The notes under the pieces are model-generated. The model made no database searches. It was not told the origin of the DNA and saw only the letters and a list, made by a program, of their open reading frames with translations. A DNA stretch of 64,000 nt. Origin: Dehalococcoidia bacterium (GTDB lineage: Bacteria > Chloroflexota > Dehalococcoidia > Lucifugimonadales > JAGWBF01). The position numbers were made by a program, and so were the translations under genes. Of the stretch, positions 18,168 through 27,446 are shown one piece after another. The stretch lies in the NCBI GenBank assembly GCA_034421095.1, contig DAOUKR010000015.1, positions 17,283 through 81,282 on the forward strand, in the 5' to 3' direction. Position 1 is the first letter of the stretch, and each line of letters opens with the position of its first letter.

Positions 18168-18377
18168 AGGTGCCTCCTCCGTCACACAATATAGTGCCAC
18201 CAAGTGGGTTGCGGTATCCGAATCCCTCGAACCGAATGTTTCTTTTGTGAGAATACCAACGTTCTACCGGGAGTATATTCACAGAAGCGATTATAGGGAT
18301 GCTCCGAAACATGGTCAACACTCTAGTCCTACCCGTGCTCTTCGACAAGCTGGGGGCCACATCGCTCAGCTAACGAC

Positions 18378-19820
18378 TCAGATGACGAACATGTCCATAA
18401 ACTCGTCAACCGGCGTACCTTCCAGGCGCTTCTGGTCAAGGCAAAGCTCCAGGATGGCCTCGGACTGCCGGGCGGGGAAACGGCTCGCCAGGTTGGCCGT
18501 GAACTTCTCCACCAGCAACGGAATCCCTTCGTCACGACGCCTGCGATGTCCCAGGGGGTATTCCACCTCGATTTTATCCGTGGCCGAGCCGTCCTTGAAG
18601 TGGACCTGGACGGCGTTGGCTATGGAGCGTTTATCGGGGTCCAGGTAGTCCACGCTGTACTGGGGGTGCTCCACGACGGTCATCTTGTCCCGCAGGGCAT
18701 CAATACGAGGGTCGGCAGCGACCTCGTCCTCGTAGTGGTCGGCGGTAAGGGTGCCGAAGATGAGACCTATGGCCGTCACGTACTGGAGGCAGTGGTCGCG
18801 GTCGGCGGGATTGTACAGAGGCCCGGTCTTGTCTATGATTCGAATCGCCGTTTCGTGGGTTGTGATGGTGACCGTATCAATCTCGTCAAGGCGGTCTTTC
18901 ACCAGGTCATGCAGCTTGAAGGCGCATTCGGCGGCTGTCTGTGAGTGAAACTCCGCGGGGAAGGCGACCTTGAACAGGGTATTCTCCATAACGTAGGACC
19001 CGTAGGGACGGCCCACCGTGATGGGCTTGCCCTTCAGCATGACATCGCAGACCCCCCACGTCCTGGCAGTCAGGGCAGACGGGTAGCCCATCTCGCCCTT
19101 CCTTGCCAGCAGAGCGAGCCACACGGCGTGGCTGGTGGCATCAGCCGCGGCCCACGATTTGCGAGACCCTGTGTTGGGCGTGTGGCGGTAAGTCCGCAGG
19201 CTGCCTCCGTCAATCCATGCGTTGGATACGGAATTGACTATCTCACCCACGCCACCCCCAAGCATCCCGGTAATCACCGGAGTTGAGGCGACCTTCAGGA
19301 GCAACACGTGGTCCAGGCCAACCCGGTTCAGGCTGTTTTCCAGAGCAATCACTCCCTGAATCTCGTATGCTTTAATCAAGCCTGTGAGGACATCACGCAT
19401 GGTGAGAGGCTTCTGACCTTTGGCCCGATTTGCCCGGCTGAGATAGTCTGCCACGGCCAGAATGCCGCTCAGATTGTCCGATGGATGGCCCCATTCCTGG
19501 GCCAGCCAGGTGTCGTTGTAGTCCAGCCACCGGACGGCGCATCCTATGTTGAATGCGGCGTTCACCGGGTCCAGCTCGAAGCGAGTCCCCGGGACCCGGG
19601 CCCCGTCGGGCACGTAGGTCCCGGGGACTACCGGCCCAAGCAGCTTGGTACATTCGGGGTAGCGTAGCGCCAGCAGGCCGCAGCCTATGGAGTCTATGAG
19701 GGCGTTGCGGGCCGTGTCATAGGCCAGGTCGCTCTCGATGATGCCATTAGCCACATATTCCGCAATGTCAACCAGTACCTGGTCGGGTTCGGGGCGAATA
19801 TTGGATACCTGAGTAGTCAT
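18378..19820 (-). CDS. MmgE/PrpD family protein (2-methylcitrate-dehydratase-like)
   Basis: PrpD-family pattern '[13 protein letters not shown]', 'GHPSDNL', '[10 protein letters not shown]'. ATG 19820 follows GGGAGG. Confidence 0.85.
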   Translation of the reverse strand: MTTQVSNIRPEPDQVLVDIAEYVANGIIESDLAYDTARNALIDSIGCGLLALRYPECTKLLGPVVPGTYVPDGARVPGTRFELDPVNAAFNIGCAVRWLDYNDTWLAQEWGHPSDNLSGILAVADYLSRANRAKGQKPLTMRDVLTGLIKAYEIQGVIALENSLNRVGLDHVLLLKVASTPVITGMLGGGVGEIVNSVSNAWIDGGSLRTYRHTPNTGSRKSWAAADATSHAVWLALLARKGEMGYPSALTARTWGVCDVMLKGKPITVGRPYGSYVMENTLFKVAFPAEFHSQTAAECAFKLHDLVKDRLDEIDTVTITTHETAIRIIDKTGPLYNPADRDHCLQYVTAIGLIFGTLTADHYEDEVAADPRIDALRDKMTVVEHPQYSVDYLDPDKRSIANAVQVHFKDGSATDKIEVEYPLGHRRRRDEGIPLLVEKFTANLASRFPARQSEAILELCLDQKRLEGTPVDEFMDMFVI

Positions 19821-19947
19821 ATCTGGACCTCCCTGAAGATGAAGCCCTTGGCCTCTCCTCTTTTCCCTGCCTGGCGTGGCGATTGTAGTGGCAACCTCCG
19901 GTTTCGTCAATGCCGTGGCGGTGCAGTGACTGCTTAGAACTCTTTAA

Positions 19948-19976
19948 TTGAATCCGTAGTTGGTCTATGCTATGGT
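19948..19976 (+). promoter_or_regulatory. Sigma70-like promoter candidate for the ADH gene
   Basis: TTGAAT - 17 nt - TATGGT. Confidence 0.3.
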
Positions 19977-20019
19977 ACGCAAGTTGGAGCAAGCGAGATC
20001 TCGGTCAAAAGGAGATGAC

Positions 20020-21051
20020 ATGAGAGGTGTGGTTTTCCTGGGCGACAGAGAGATTGAGATTAGAGAGATGCCGGATCCCAAGCCGGGTCCGGGCGAGGTC
20101 GTAATTGACATCAAGGCGTCCGGCCTGTGTGGCAGCGATTTCCAGGGCGGGTATCGTGTCCCCAAGGCCGAGAGGGGCGTCCCCCAGGGCCTCAAGGTGG
20201 GAGGACACGAGCCATGCGGCGTGATTGCCGAGGTCGGGGAGGGCGTAAGCACCGTCAAGGTCGGTGATAGAGTGATGATGCACCACTACACCGGGTGCCG
20301 CACGTGCAAGATGTGCCGGATCGGGTATACCCAAATGTGTATACATCACCATGAGACCTATGGGCGCACCGAGAACGGCGGCCACGAGGACTTTCTGCTG
20401 GTCCCCGACTACACGTGCGTACCTCTTCCCGACGAGATGAGCTTCGCAGAGGGGGCAGCCTGTGCGTGTGGCACCGGGACCGCCTTCCATGCCGTGAAAC
20501 GCCTGGGCATATCGGGCATGGACACCATAGCCGTCTTCGGCCAGGGGCCGGTCGGGTTGAGCGCTACGCTGTTCGCAGCACAAATGGGGGCCAGGGTGCT
20601 GGCGGTAGACGTGGTCCCGGAACGGTTGGAACTTGCCAGGCGTCTTGGGGCTGACGTGGCCATAGATTCCAGCAAGGACGACCCCGTCGAGGCAATCATG
20701 GACATGACCAGCGGGGAAGGGGCCAACGCAACCCTGGACGCCACCGGAATTCCCCAGGTCCGTAGCAACGCCCTGGACAGCGCCATGCTTTGGGGCAGGG
20801 TGTGTTTCGTAGGAGAGGGGAACCTGACCACCTTTGACATAAGCAACCAGATTATCCACAAGCAGCTGACGATATACGGTTCATGGACCTTCAGCCTCTC
20901 GGGACTGGCCGAGGTTGCCAACTTCGTGGTCAACCGAAAGGTGCCCCTGAATGACCTGATTACCCACCGGTTCCCACTGGAGCAGGCCGCAGAAGCTTAC
21001 AGGCTATTCGATTCTGGCAAGACGGGGAAGGTGGTGTTGGTGAGGGGGTGA
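20020..21051 (+). CDS. Zinc-dependent alcohol dehydrogenase (MDR family)
   Basis: 'GLCGSD', 'GHEPCGV', structural-zinc Cys cluster 'CRTCKMC', Rossmann 'FGQGPVGL'. ATG 20020 follows AAAGGAG. Confidence 0.85.
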   Translation: MRGVVFLGDREIEIREMPDPKPGPGEVVIDIKASGLCGSDFQGGYRVPKAERGVPQGLKVGGHEPCGVIAEVGEGVSTVKVGDRVMMHHYTGCRTCKMCRIGYTQMCIHHHETYGRTENGGHEDFLLVPDYTCVPLPDEMSFAEGAACACGTGTAFHAVKRLGISGMDTIAVFGQGPVGLSATLFAAQMGARVLAVDVVPERLELARRLGADVAIDSSKDDPVEAIMDMTSGEGANATLDATGIPQVRSNALDSAMLWGRVCFVGEGNLTTFDISNQIIHKQLTIYGSWTFSLSGLAEVANFVVNRKVPLNDLITHRFPLEQAAEAYRLFDSGKTGKVVLVRG

Positions 21052-21221
21052 AGGTGAGAGTGAGACGCTCCCTGTCACCCATAAACTCTGGGCTACCCCA
21101 CTTCTAATACCCCTGGCTTGCAATTGGGCAGACTTCAACGTGTTCTTAAGAAGTTGCTGAAGTCTTCTCTGTTGTCTTACGCCGTAGGGGTGAGCTGCGT
21201 AGAAGTAGGCGAAGCAGTACC

Positions 21222-21659
21222 TCACTCGGCAAGCGAAACCAGCAGAGGCACCTCGAACGCTGGTCCCCATTCGACGTTTCCCGGGGTTTCCGACCGACAC
21301 TCGACTTTGAAGTTGTAAGTTCCTGCTGAGGTAAAGGGTAGGCCAGAGTTCCTGACCCATATCCGATAAGTCGTAAAATCAACGAGGTTGACTTCGATTT
21401 CTGAGAGCGTTCTGACCTCGCCTTGTGGATCAATCACGCTAACCCTTGCCATCCCCCGCTCGCCAACGCTCGGGTCCGATCGAATAATCAGTGCCAACAC
21501 ATGGAACGGTAGGGGAACTACCCTGGTTGCATCAGGGGCTATTGGCTCTGGCGGTTCACTGAGTACCCTCAAACTCTCAATCACATTAAAGACCGAGAGG
21601 TTATTGGTATTTTTGTCCTGCACGAAATTCTCGCACAAAATTGACCAAACGACTCTCAC
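21222..21659 (-). CDS. Hypothetical beta-rich protein (resembles the family I recall as DUF6941)
   Basis: 145 aa. 'MRVVWSILCENFVQDKNTNNLSVFNVIE...' with repeated strand-like pattern. Last gene of the low-GC three-gene operon. Confidence 0.55.
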   Translation of the reverse strand: MRVVWSILCENFVQDKNTNNLSVFNVIESLRVLSEPPEPIAPDATRVVPLPFHVLALIIRSDPSVGERGMARVSVIDPQGEVRTLSEIEVNLVDFTTYRIWVRNSGLPFTSAGTYNFKVECRSETPGNVEWGPAFEVPLLVSLAE

Positions 21660-21676
21660 CGAATTCCTCCACGTCC

Positions 21677-22216
21677 CTAATGTACGATCGACCCTGCATG
21701 GAAGCTTTTCAGTTCTGCCTCCGGATATAGATAAACTTTTGAATCACCCTCGAATAACGGCCCATTTGTAACAATTGGACCACCGGACCTGCTGGTTGTT
21801 TGCCAATAGGTCTGCTCAGAATCGCTGATGCCATTGTCTCCAACCGCGGATGCGAAAGAAGAGAGCACCTCACTCGACATCTTCTTGGCATACCAGCAAT
21901 TGTTGGCGTTAGTAACGAACCGAGCGGCTATTTGTGCGAACTTGGGGGAGGTAAGCTCTAACAGACATAACAGCACAGCTAAGGCGGTATCTTTGGGATT
22001 CTCGTATTTAGGGTCTACCGAAGAATTCGACAGGTCCGACAAACGGCGAAAAATTGTATACCGCACTTCGACATTCTGTACTAACTCATGGTACAACCCA
22101 ATAACCGCAGGTTCTTGGCGGGCCGCTTTCAGAAATAGCGGTAAGCTGCTCGCCACATTGAGCCGAACATCGAACTCTAGGCTTTCAATTTCGCTAAGTG
22201 CTTGCTCCCAGTTCAT
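21677..22216 (-). CDS. Hypothetical, apparently alpha-helical protein
   Basis: ATG at 22216 (MNWEQ) overlaps the upstream stop as ATGA. No recognisable motif. Low G+C. Confidence 0.5.
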   Translation of the reverse strand: MNWEQALSEIESLEFDVRLNVASSLPLFLKAARQEPAVIGLYHELVQNVEVRYTIFRRLSDLSNSSVDPKYENPKDTALAVLLCLLELTSPKFAQIAARFVTNANNCWYAKKMSSEVLSSFASAVGDNGISDSEQTYWQTTSRSGGPIVTNGPLFEGDSKVYLYPEAELKSFHAGSIVH

Positions 22217-22746
22217 TTTCGGTCCGTCCAATATTGAGATGGCTTACCTAAGCTTTCAATGACATCATACATTTCGTGGAAGTACTCGCCGTCAGCACCC
22301 CATTGGCTAAGGACCGTTATGGTGCGGGAGGCATCATTGAGGTTAGTCCGGGTCTCTGAAACGATTCCCACATGGGAAGTAGAACCAGTGTCGTCCTGAT
22401 ATAAGACAACGTCCCCCACTTGTAATTCCTCGGCCGACCCGATCTGATGATAGCCGTCATCTTCAAGAATCATTTCTAAGTGGACTGGGTCAACCCATGT
22501 CCGTCTTGATGCAAATACCATCCCCAAGCATTTATATTGAGAATCCAGGGACCTATTGACTACTGTCTGGCGTTGAGTAAGCAAATCTTTGGCTGCCTGC
22601 ATCGAGCTTGGAGGCCTTTGTTGGCGTTGTTCGTTTGGTATGGGTTGATTCCTCATAGTCGACAATGATATCTCCGGAGGCAAGAGGAACTCACCTGAAG
22701 CACCATACAAGACCATATTGACACTGACCCTCTGTACAAATATCAA
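22213..22746 (-). CDS. Cytoplasmic papain-fold hydrolase, CHAP/NlpC-P60-like (start uncertain: 22746, 22716 or 22656)
   Basis: Candidate Cys in 'QYKCLGMVF'. Candidate His about 57 aa later in 'GDVVLYQDDTGSTSHVGIVSE', followed by 'ITVLSQWG'. No signal peptide. Confidence 0.5.
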   Translation of the reverse strand: MIFVQRVSVNMVLYGASGEFLLPPEISLSTMRNQPIPNEQRQQRPPSSMQAAKDLLTQRQTVVNRSLDSQYKCLGMVFASRRTWVDPVHLEMILEDDGYHQIGSAEELQVGDVVLYQDDTGSTSHVGIVSETRTNLNDASRTITVLSQWGADGEYFHEMYDVIESLGKPSQYWTDRK

Positions 22747-22777
22747 GATTGAGACACTACCCGAAATTTATAACTAG

Positions 22778-22855
22778 TGGCGCGCTTGGCGGGACTCGAA
22801 CCCACGACCTCATCCTCCGCAGGGATGCGCTCTATCCAACCTGAGCTACAAGCGC
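22778..22855 (-). tRNA. tRNA-Arg, anticodon read as GCG
   Basis: Cloverleaf folded by hand: acceptor GCGCTTG/CAAGCGC, anticodon stem CATCC/GGATG, loop CTGCGGA, T-loop TTCGAGT, encoded CCA. Confidence 0.85.
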
Positions 22856-22893
22856 GTTTGGGGGGCTAGCTACCTGACATGCGTGATGTACGA

Positions 22894-22979
22894 TGGTGCC
22901 GAGGGTGGGATTTGAACCCACACGCCCGTACGGGCACTACGCCCTGAACGTAGCGCGTCTGCCGTTCCGCCACCTCGGC
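22894..22979 (-). tRNA. tRNA-Leu (CAG), long variable arm
   Basis: GCCGAGGTGGCGGAA...loop TTCAGGG...variable arm TGCCCGTACGGGCGT...TTCAAAT...CACCA. Closely parallels E. coli tRNA-Leu(CAG). Confidence 0.9.
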
Positions 22980-23059
22980 CCACTTGATACAGGGACAACC
23001 GGGTACACGTTGGGAAGCTATCGCATTATATACCCGCTCCCCTGCCCAGGGTAAGTGAA

Positions 23060-23135
23060 TGGTGGGCGATAGAGGATTTGAACCTCTGGCCTCCTCGGTG
23101 TGAACGAGGCGCTCTAACCACTGAGCTAACCGCCC
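23060..23135 (-). tRNA. tRNA-Val (CAC)
   Basis: GGGCGGTTAGCTCAGTGGTTAGAGC, anticodon stem CCTCG/CGAGG, loop TTCACAC, T-loop TTCAAAT, CCA encoded. Confidence 0.9.
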
Positions 23136-23160
23136 CTTCTCCAGTTACAACTCACTATCA

Positions 23161-23189
23161 ATTATATGGAGCGCCGATAAGGTATGCAA
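23161..23189 (-). promoter_or_regulatory. Sigma70-type promoter for the tRNA Val-Leu-Arg cluster
   Basis: On the minus strand: TTGCAT - 17 nt - TATAAT, ending 25 nt upstream of the tRNA-Val 5' end. Confidence 0.55.
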
Positions 23190-23275
23190 GCCCATGCAAG
23201 CTGTAGGTCGCCTCGGTGCTTGCCTGAAATGCCCCCAACCACGACTTTTAGGGACATTCAGCTAGCCTTAATATC

Positions 23276-23304
23276 TTGACAGCACGTCTGGCCTTTGCTA
23301 GGAT
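23276..23304 (+). promoter_or_regulatory. Sigma70-like promoter candidate for the hopanoid operon
   Basis: TTGACA - 17 nt - TAGGAT, about 55 nt upstream of the polyprenyl synthase ORF. Confidence 0.4.
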
Positions 23305-23360
23305 TGCAAGCATCGCCTTGCGATGTATATTAGGCTACCCTAACAACCCGGCATATAAAC

Positions 23361-24488
23361 GTGGGCAATACAAATATTATCAAGACAAACTTGAAGAATA
23401 ATCAACTCCCTCCCCTCCCCGATATGTTCGACCGTTACAGGGACGGCCTGACGGATGAGTTGCAGGCCGCCATACCATGCTTGGCGCTGTCGGACCCGAG
23501 ACAGGGTGACACCCGAGACGGGGAGTATGCCGTGACGCCCTTTTACCGGATGCTCCAGTACCACATGGGTTGGGCCAGCGAGGACGGGGAGTTGCTGGCC
23601 GTCCCCGTCTCCCAGGGCAAGGCCCTGCGGCCTACCCTCTGCCTCTTCGCCTGCGAGGCCCTGGACCAGGACTGGACAACGGCGCTCCCGGCTGCCGCAG
23701 CCCTGGAGCTCATTCACAACTTCTCCCTCATCCATGACGATATTCAGGACGGGGACCTGGAGCGGCGACATCGCCCTACGGTCTGGTCCCTTTGGGGTCA
23801 ACCCCAGGCTCTGGTGGCGGGCAATGCCATGAGGACCCTTGCGGACATCACCGCATTGAGGCTCGTTGAGCGGGGTGTGGCAGAGGAGAAGGCACTGCGC
23901 ACATCCTTTGTTCTCACGAAGGGCTACCTCCACATGACAAGGGGCCAGTGTCTCGATTTATCCTTTGAGGACAGCCTGGACATAAAGCTTGAAGAATACC
24001 TGACCATGATTTCTTTCAAGACGGGCGCCCTGATTCGATGCGGCCTGGAAATGGGCGCTTTGATAGCCTCCAGCGACGAGAACGTCGTAACGGCCTTTGC
24101 TCGATGCGGCAGTTCCCTGGGGCGGGCCTTCCAGATACGGGACGACGTGTTGGGCATCTGGGGGGATGAAACAGCCACCGGAAAGGCGGTGGGCAACGAC
24201 ATCAGAAGGAAGAAGAAGTCCTTTCCCATAGTGTATGCCCTGGAGACCGCCGGAGACACCGCCAGACAACAGCTGGTGGAGGTTTATAGTAAAGATGAAC
24301 TGGACGAAAGGGACGTAGAGGATGTCCTGACAGTGCTGGATGACCTTGGAGTAGCCGATTATGCCCAGGAAATGACCCGTGAGAAGGCGGACCTTGCCCT
24401 TCAGGAGGTCTCCCGGGTCACCATGCCATCCTGGGCCCGTCGGGAAATCGAGGAGATGGTGGAGTTTCTCGCGGCGCGACAGTATTAG
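23361..24488 (+). CDS. Polyprenyl diphosphate synthase (short-chain, FPP/GGPP type)
   Basis: First Asp-rich motif 'LIHDDIQDGD', second 'FQIRDDVLG'. Start uncertain (GTG 23361 or ATG 23424). Confidence 0.85.
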   Translation: MGNTNIIKTNLKNNQLPPLPDMFDRYRDGLTDELQAAIPCLALSDPRQGDTRDGEYAVTPFYRMLQYHMGWASEDGELLAVPVSQGKALRPTLCLFACEALDQDWTTALPAAAALELIHNFSLIHDDIQDGDLERRHRPTVWSLWGQPQALVAGNAMRTLADITALRLVERGVAEEKALRTSFVLTKGYLHMTRGQCLDLSFEDSLDIKLEEYLTMISFKTGALIRCGLEMGALIASSDENVVTAFARCGSSLGRAFQIRDDVLGIWGDETATGKAVGNDIRRKKKSFPIVYALETAGDTARQQLVEVYSKDELDERDVEDVLTVLDDLGVADYAQEMTREKADLALQEVSRVTMPSWARREIEEMVEFLAARQY

Positions 24489-24573
24489 GCGGCCCTCACA
24501 CCCGCCTCCTAGAGTGAAGGGAAGGGACCGCCGGGGAGTACCGAAGTCCGACGAGAGTCAAAGGAAGGAGCAA

Positions 24574-25614
24574 ATGAAGAGAGCAAGCAGGCCAATGGAG
24601 ATGTCCATCAGGTTGGCCGTTTACATATTGAAGAACCGCCTCAGGGGAAGAAAGCGTTTCCCGATGGTCACCATGCTGGAGCCTCTGGAGATGTGCAACC
24701 TGGCTTGCGTGGGCTGTGGGCGTATCCACGAATACAAGCCTGTAATGGACAAGATGATGCCCGTAGAGGAAGCGATAGCCGCGGTGGAGGCGTCCGCTGC
24801 CCCCATAGTCTCGGTAGCCGGAGGGGAACCTACCATACATCCCAAGATAGACCAGATTCTGAACGAGTTGGTCCGGCGCAAGTACTTCGTGTATTGCTGC
24901 ACCAACGGCATCCTTCTTGAACGGGTTATGAAGAAGGTCCCCCCGTCCAAATACCTCTCCTGGGTAGTCCACATGGACGGCATGGAGGAGCGCCATGACG
25001 AGGCGGTAGCTCGCAAGGGCGTGTTCCGGAAGGCGCTTAGCTCTATAGAGACAGCTTTGGACAACGGCTATCGGGTGTGTACCAACACCACGATTTTTCG
25101 CGGATGTGACGTGGAGGACCTGCATAACCTGTTCCAGACCATGACCGATATGGGGGTTGAGGGCTGCATGGTCTCACCGGGCTACGACTACACCGACGCC
25201 CCCGACCACGACATTTTCCTTACCCGTCAGGAGTCGCAGGACGCTTTCAAGGAAATCCTGGACGAGGAGAAGATTAAGGGGCTGCGGATGTACAACAACC
25301 CCCTTTACCTGAACTTCCTGCGAGGCACAAGGGACTACCAGTGCACCGCATGGTCCAACCCCACCTACACGGTGATGGGCTGGAGGAAACCCTGCTACCC
25401 ACTGGCAGACGAGCACGTCCAGAACGTTGACGAGCTTTTCGATAAATCTGTGTGGGACAAGTACGGCGTGGGGAAGGACCCTCGCTGTGCCGGTTGCATG
25501 ATGCACTGTGGCTTCGAGTCCGCCACTATCTTCAATGCCGTTTCCAGTCCCAAGGACTGGGTGACACTGGTTAAGTCGGGTTCCATCAGCAAAAGCGGGA
25601 TAACCGCGGGCTAG
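24574..25614 (+). CDS. hpnH: Adenosyl-hopene transferase, radical SAM
   Basis: 'MLEPLEMCNLACVGCGRI' (CxxxCxxC) and an overall HpnH-like N-terminus. ATG 24574 follows AAGGAAGGAG. Confidence 0.85.
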   Translation: MKRASRPMEMSIRLAVYILKNRLRGRKRFPMVTMLEPLEMCNLACVGCGRIHEYKPVMDKMMPVEEAIAAVEASAAPIVSVAGGEPTIHPKIDQILNELVRRKYFVYCCTNGILLERVMKKVPPSKYLSWVVHMDGMEERHDEAVARKGVFRKALSSIETALDNGYRVCTNTTIFRGCDVEDLHNLFQTMTDMGVEGCMVSPGYDYTDAPDHDIFLTRQESQDAFKEILDEEKIKGLRMYNNPLYLNFLRGTRDYQCTAWSNPTYTVMGWRKPCYPLADEHVQNVDELFDKSVWDKYGVGKDPRCAGCMMHCGFESATIFNAVSSPKDWVTLVKSGSISKSGITAG

Positions 25615-25638
25615 ACATCCTCGGTGGTGGAGAGCGGT

Positions 25639-26367
25639 ATGGGAATCACGATGGCTGTCCTAGCGTCCATGGAGCGAGAGGTCTCGGCTTTGAGGCCCCT
25701 CTGCGACGATGGGCGCGTGACGGTGCACGTTACGGGGATGGGCAAGGACATGGCATTGAAGGGCATGGCAGCCCTCCTGGAGTCCCGGCCTGTCAAGCCC
25801 GACTGCATCCTGTCCCTGGGCTTCGCCGGAGCGCTGAGGGACGAGTTGAAAACGGGAGACCTGGTGCTCTCACAACGGCTTTACGCTGTCGGCGAGGACT
25901 CCCCAATCGAGTCGGATGCCTCACTCCTGAGCTTGGCAAAGGACGTGCTGGATAGTTCAGATACCAGGAGATACGCCATCTCCGATAGCCTGACGGTTCC
26001 TCGAGTCGTCCTTGATGCCGAAGAGAAGGGCAGGCTGGCTTTCTCCATCACTTCATCGGTGGTGAATATGGAGGACTACTGGGTTGCACAGTCATCCGCC
26101 ATGCATGGCATACCCTTCCTCAGTGTGAGGGCAGTACTGGACACTGCCGAACAGAGTCTGCCGCCCTTTGCGGCAAGGCTGGAGCATAACGGTGCTCTAA
26201 TACGCGCGCTCCGGTTGGGGGCCAACTTGACGGCAAGGCCGGGGTATGTGCCCGGACTGGTGAAGCTTGCCAAACAGGCCGGAGTTGCCCAGAGAAGTCT
26301 GGCGAGCTTTGGAGTATCATTTCTATCCAGAATAGCAACGATAGACGGCCATACGGTTCATGCGTAG
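25639..26367 (+). CDS. hpnG: Hopanoid-associated nucleosidase/phosphorylase (PNP_UDP family)
   Basis: 'VHVTGMGKDMA', 'LGFAGALRDELKTGDLV', 'VNMEDYWVA', plus position between hpnH and hpnA. GTG 25624 is an alternative start. Confidence 0.7.
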   Translation: MGITMAVLASMEREVSALRPLCDDGRVTVHVTGMGKDMALKGMAALLESRPVKPDCILSLGFAGALRDELKTGDLVLSQRLYAVGEDSPIESDASLLSLAKDVLDSSDTRRYAISDSLTVPRVVLDAEEKGRLAFSITSSVVNMEDYWVAQSSAMHGIPFLSVRAVLDTAEQSLPPFAARLEHNGALIRALRLGANLTARPGYVPGLVKLAKQAGVAQRSLASFGVSFLSRIATIDGHTVHA

Positions 26368-26369
26368 AG

Positions 26370-27353
26370 ATGAGAGTTCTGGTTACCGGCGCGACAGGCT
26401 TTATCGGTGGCAACGTGGCCCGAACTCTTAAGGCTAGGGGCCATGAAGTAAAGGCCCTGGCGAGGCCGGGCAGCAGCACGTTAACCCTAGAAGGCACGGG
26501 AATCCAGGTAGCCCAGGGAGACGTGAGGGACAGGGAATCGGTCTCTCGGGCTGTGAAGGATTGCCAGGCAGTGGTACACTGCGCTGCCCTGTACTCTTTC
26601 TGGACGCCGGACCCCAGCGTCATATACGAGATTAACGTAACGGGCACCAAGGTTGTCCTGGAAGAGTCGTTGAAAGCCGGAGTCGGCAGCTGTGTGCACA
26701 CCAGCACCGTCTCCACCATCGGCATACCCAAAGGGGGTGTAGGGACCGAAGAGATGACGCCGTCCCCCAAGGACTTGGTGGGCCACTACAAAAAGTCCAA
26801 GTTCATGGCGGAGCGGGAGGCTTTGGGGATGGTCCATCGTGGGCTGCCGGTCGTGGTAGTCAACCCCACCGCCCCCATAGGTCCCTGGGACGTGAAGCCC
26901 ACTCCCACCGGCGGGATGGTACTGGACTTCGCCCGGGGACGTATCCCGGTCTACGTCAACACCGGGATGAACCTGGTGGACGTGGAAGACGTGGCAGTCG
27001 GTCACGTTCTGGCGCTGGAAAAGGGCAGGCCGGGAGAGAGGTATCTGCTGGGCAACGCAAACATGACGCTGGCCCAGGCGTTCAAGCTCATGGAAGGGGT
27101 CTCGGGGAGGAAGGCCCCGAAGCTAAAGTTGCCGATGTCTGTGGCGATAGGAGCGGGATACGTGGATGAGTATATTGAGGGCAAATTGCTGGGCAGGAAG
27201 CCCTCAATACCCCTTGAAGGCTTGAGGATATCCAGAAAGCCTATGTATGTGAATTGTGAGAAGGCGATAAGAGAGCTTGGGCTGCCCCAGAGTCCCGTGG
27301 AAGGTGCTCTGGAGAAGGCCGTGAGGTGGTTCCGGGACTATGGGTACGCATAG
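26370..27353 (+). CDS. hpnA: Hopanoid-associated NAD-dependent sugar epimerase/dehydratase
   Basis: 'VLVTGATGFIGGNV', catalytic 'YKKSK' (YxxxK), and cluster context. Confidence 0.75.
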   Translation: MRVLVTGATGFIGGNVARTLKARGHEVKALARPGSSTLTLEGTGIQVAQGDVRDRESVSRAVKDCQAVVHCAALYSFWTPDPSVIYEINVTGTKVVLEESLKAGVGSCVHTSTVSTIGIPKGGVGTEEMTPSPKDLVGHYKKSKFMAEREALGMVHRGLPVVVVNPTAPIGPWDVKPTPTGGMVLDFARGRIPVYVNTGMNLVDVEDVAVGHVLALEKGRPGERYLLGNANMTLAQAFKLMEGVSGRKAPKLKLPMSVAIGAGYVDEYIEGKLLGRKPSIPLEGLRISRKPMYVNCEKAIRELGLPQSPVEGALEKAVRWFRDYGYA

Positions 27354-27446
27354 CTGCTCTGAAAACGTCTTCACGAAGAGTGTGTAACCCTGAGACCGAT
27401 GACGGAGGTCACAGGAGACTCAGTATAAGATTGACGAGGGGACGGC

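Noticed and set aside
21060-22777. Calling the low-GC blocks at 21060-22777 and 39184-40537 integrated mobile elements
   Set aside because: Both abut tRNA 3' ends. However, I found no integrase, no transposase and no direct repeat of the tRNA 3' segment at the distal boundary. They are reported only as compositionally atypical islets.
24379-24573. N-terminal extension of the hpnH ORF (start at 24379)
   Set aside because: The extension overlaps the polyprenyl synthase gene by more than 100 nt and is Arg/Pro-rich. ATG 24574 has a strong SD and gives a typical HpnH N-terminus.
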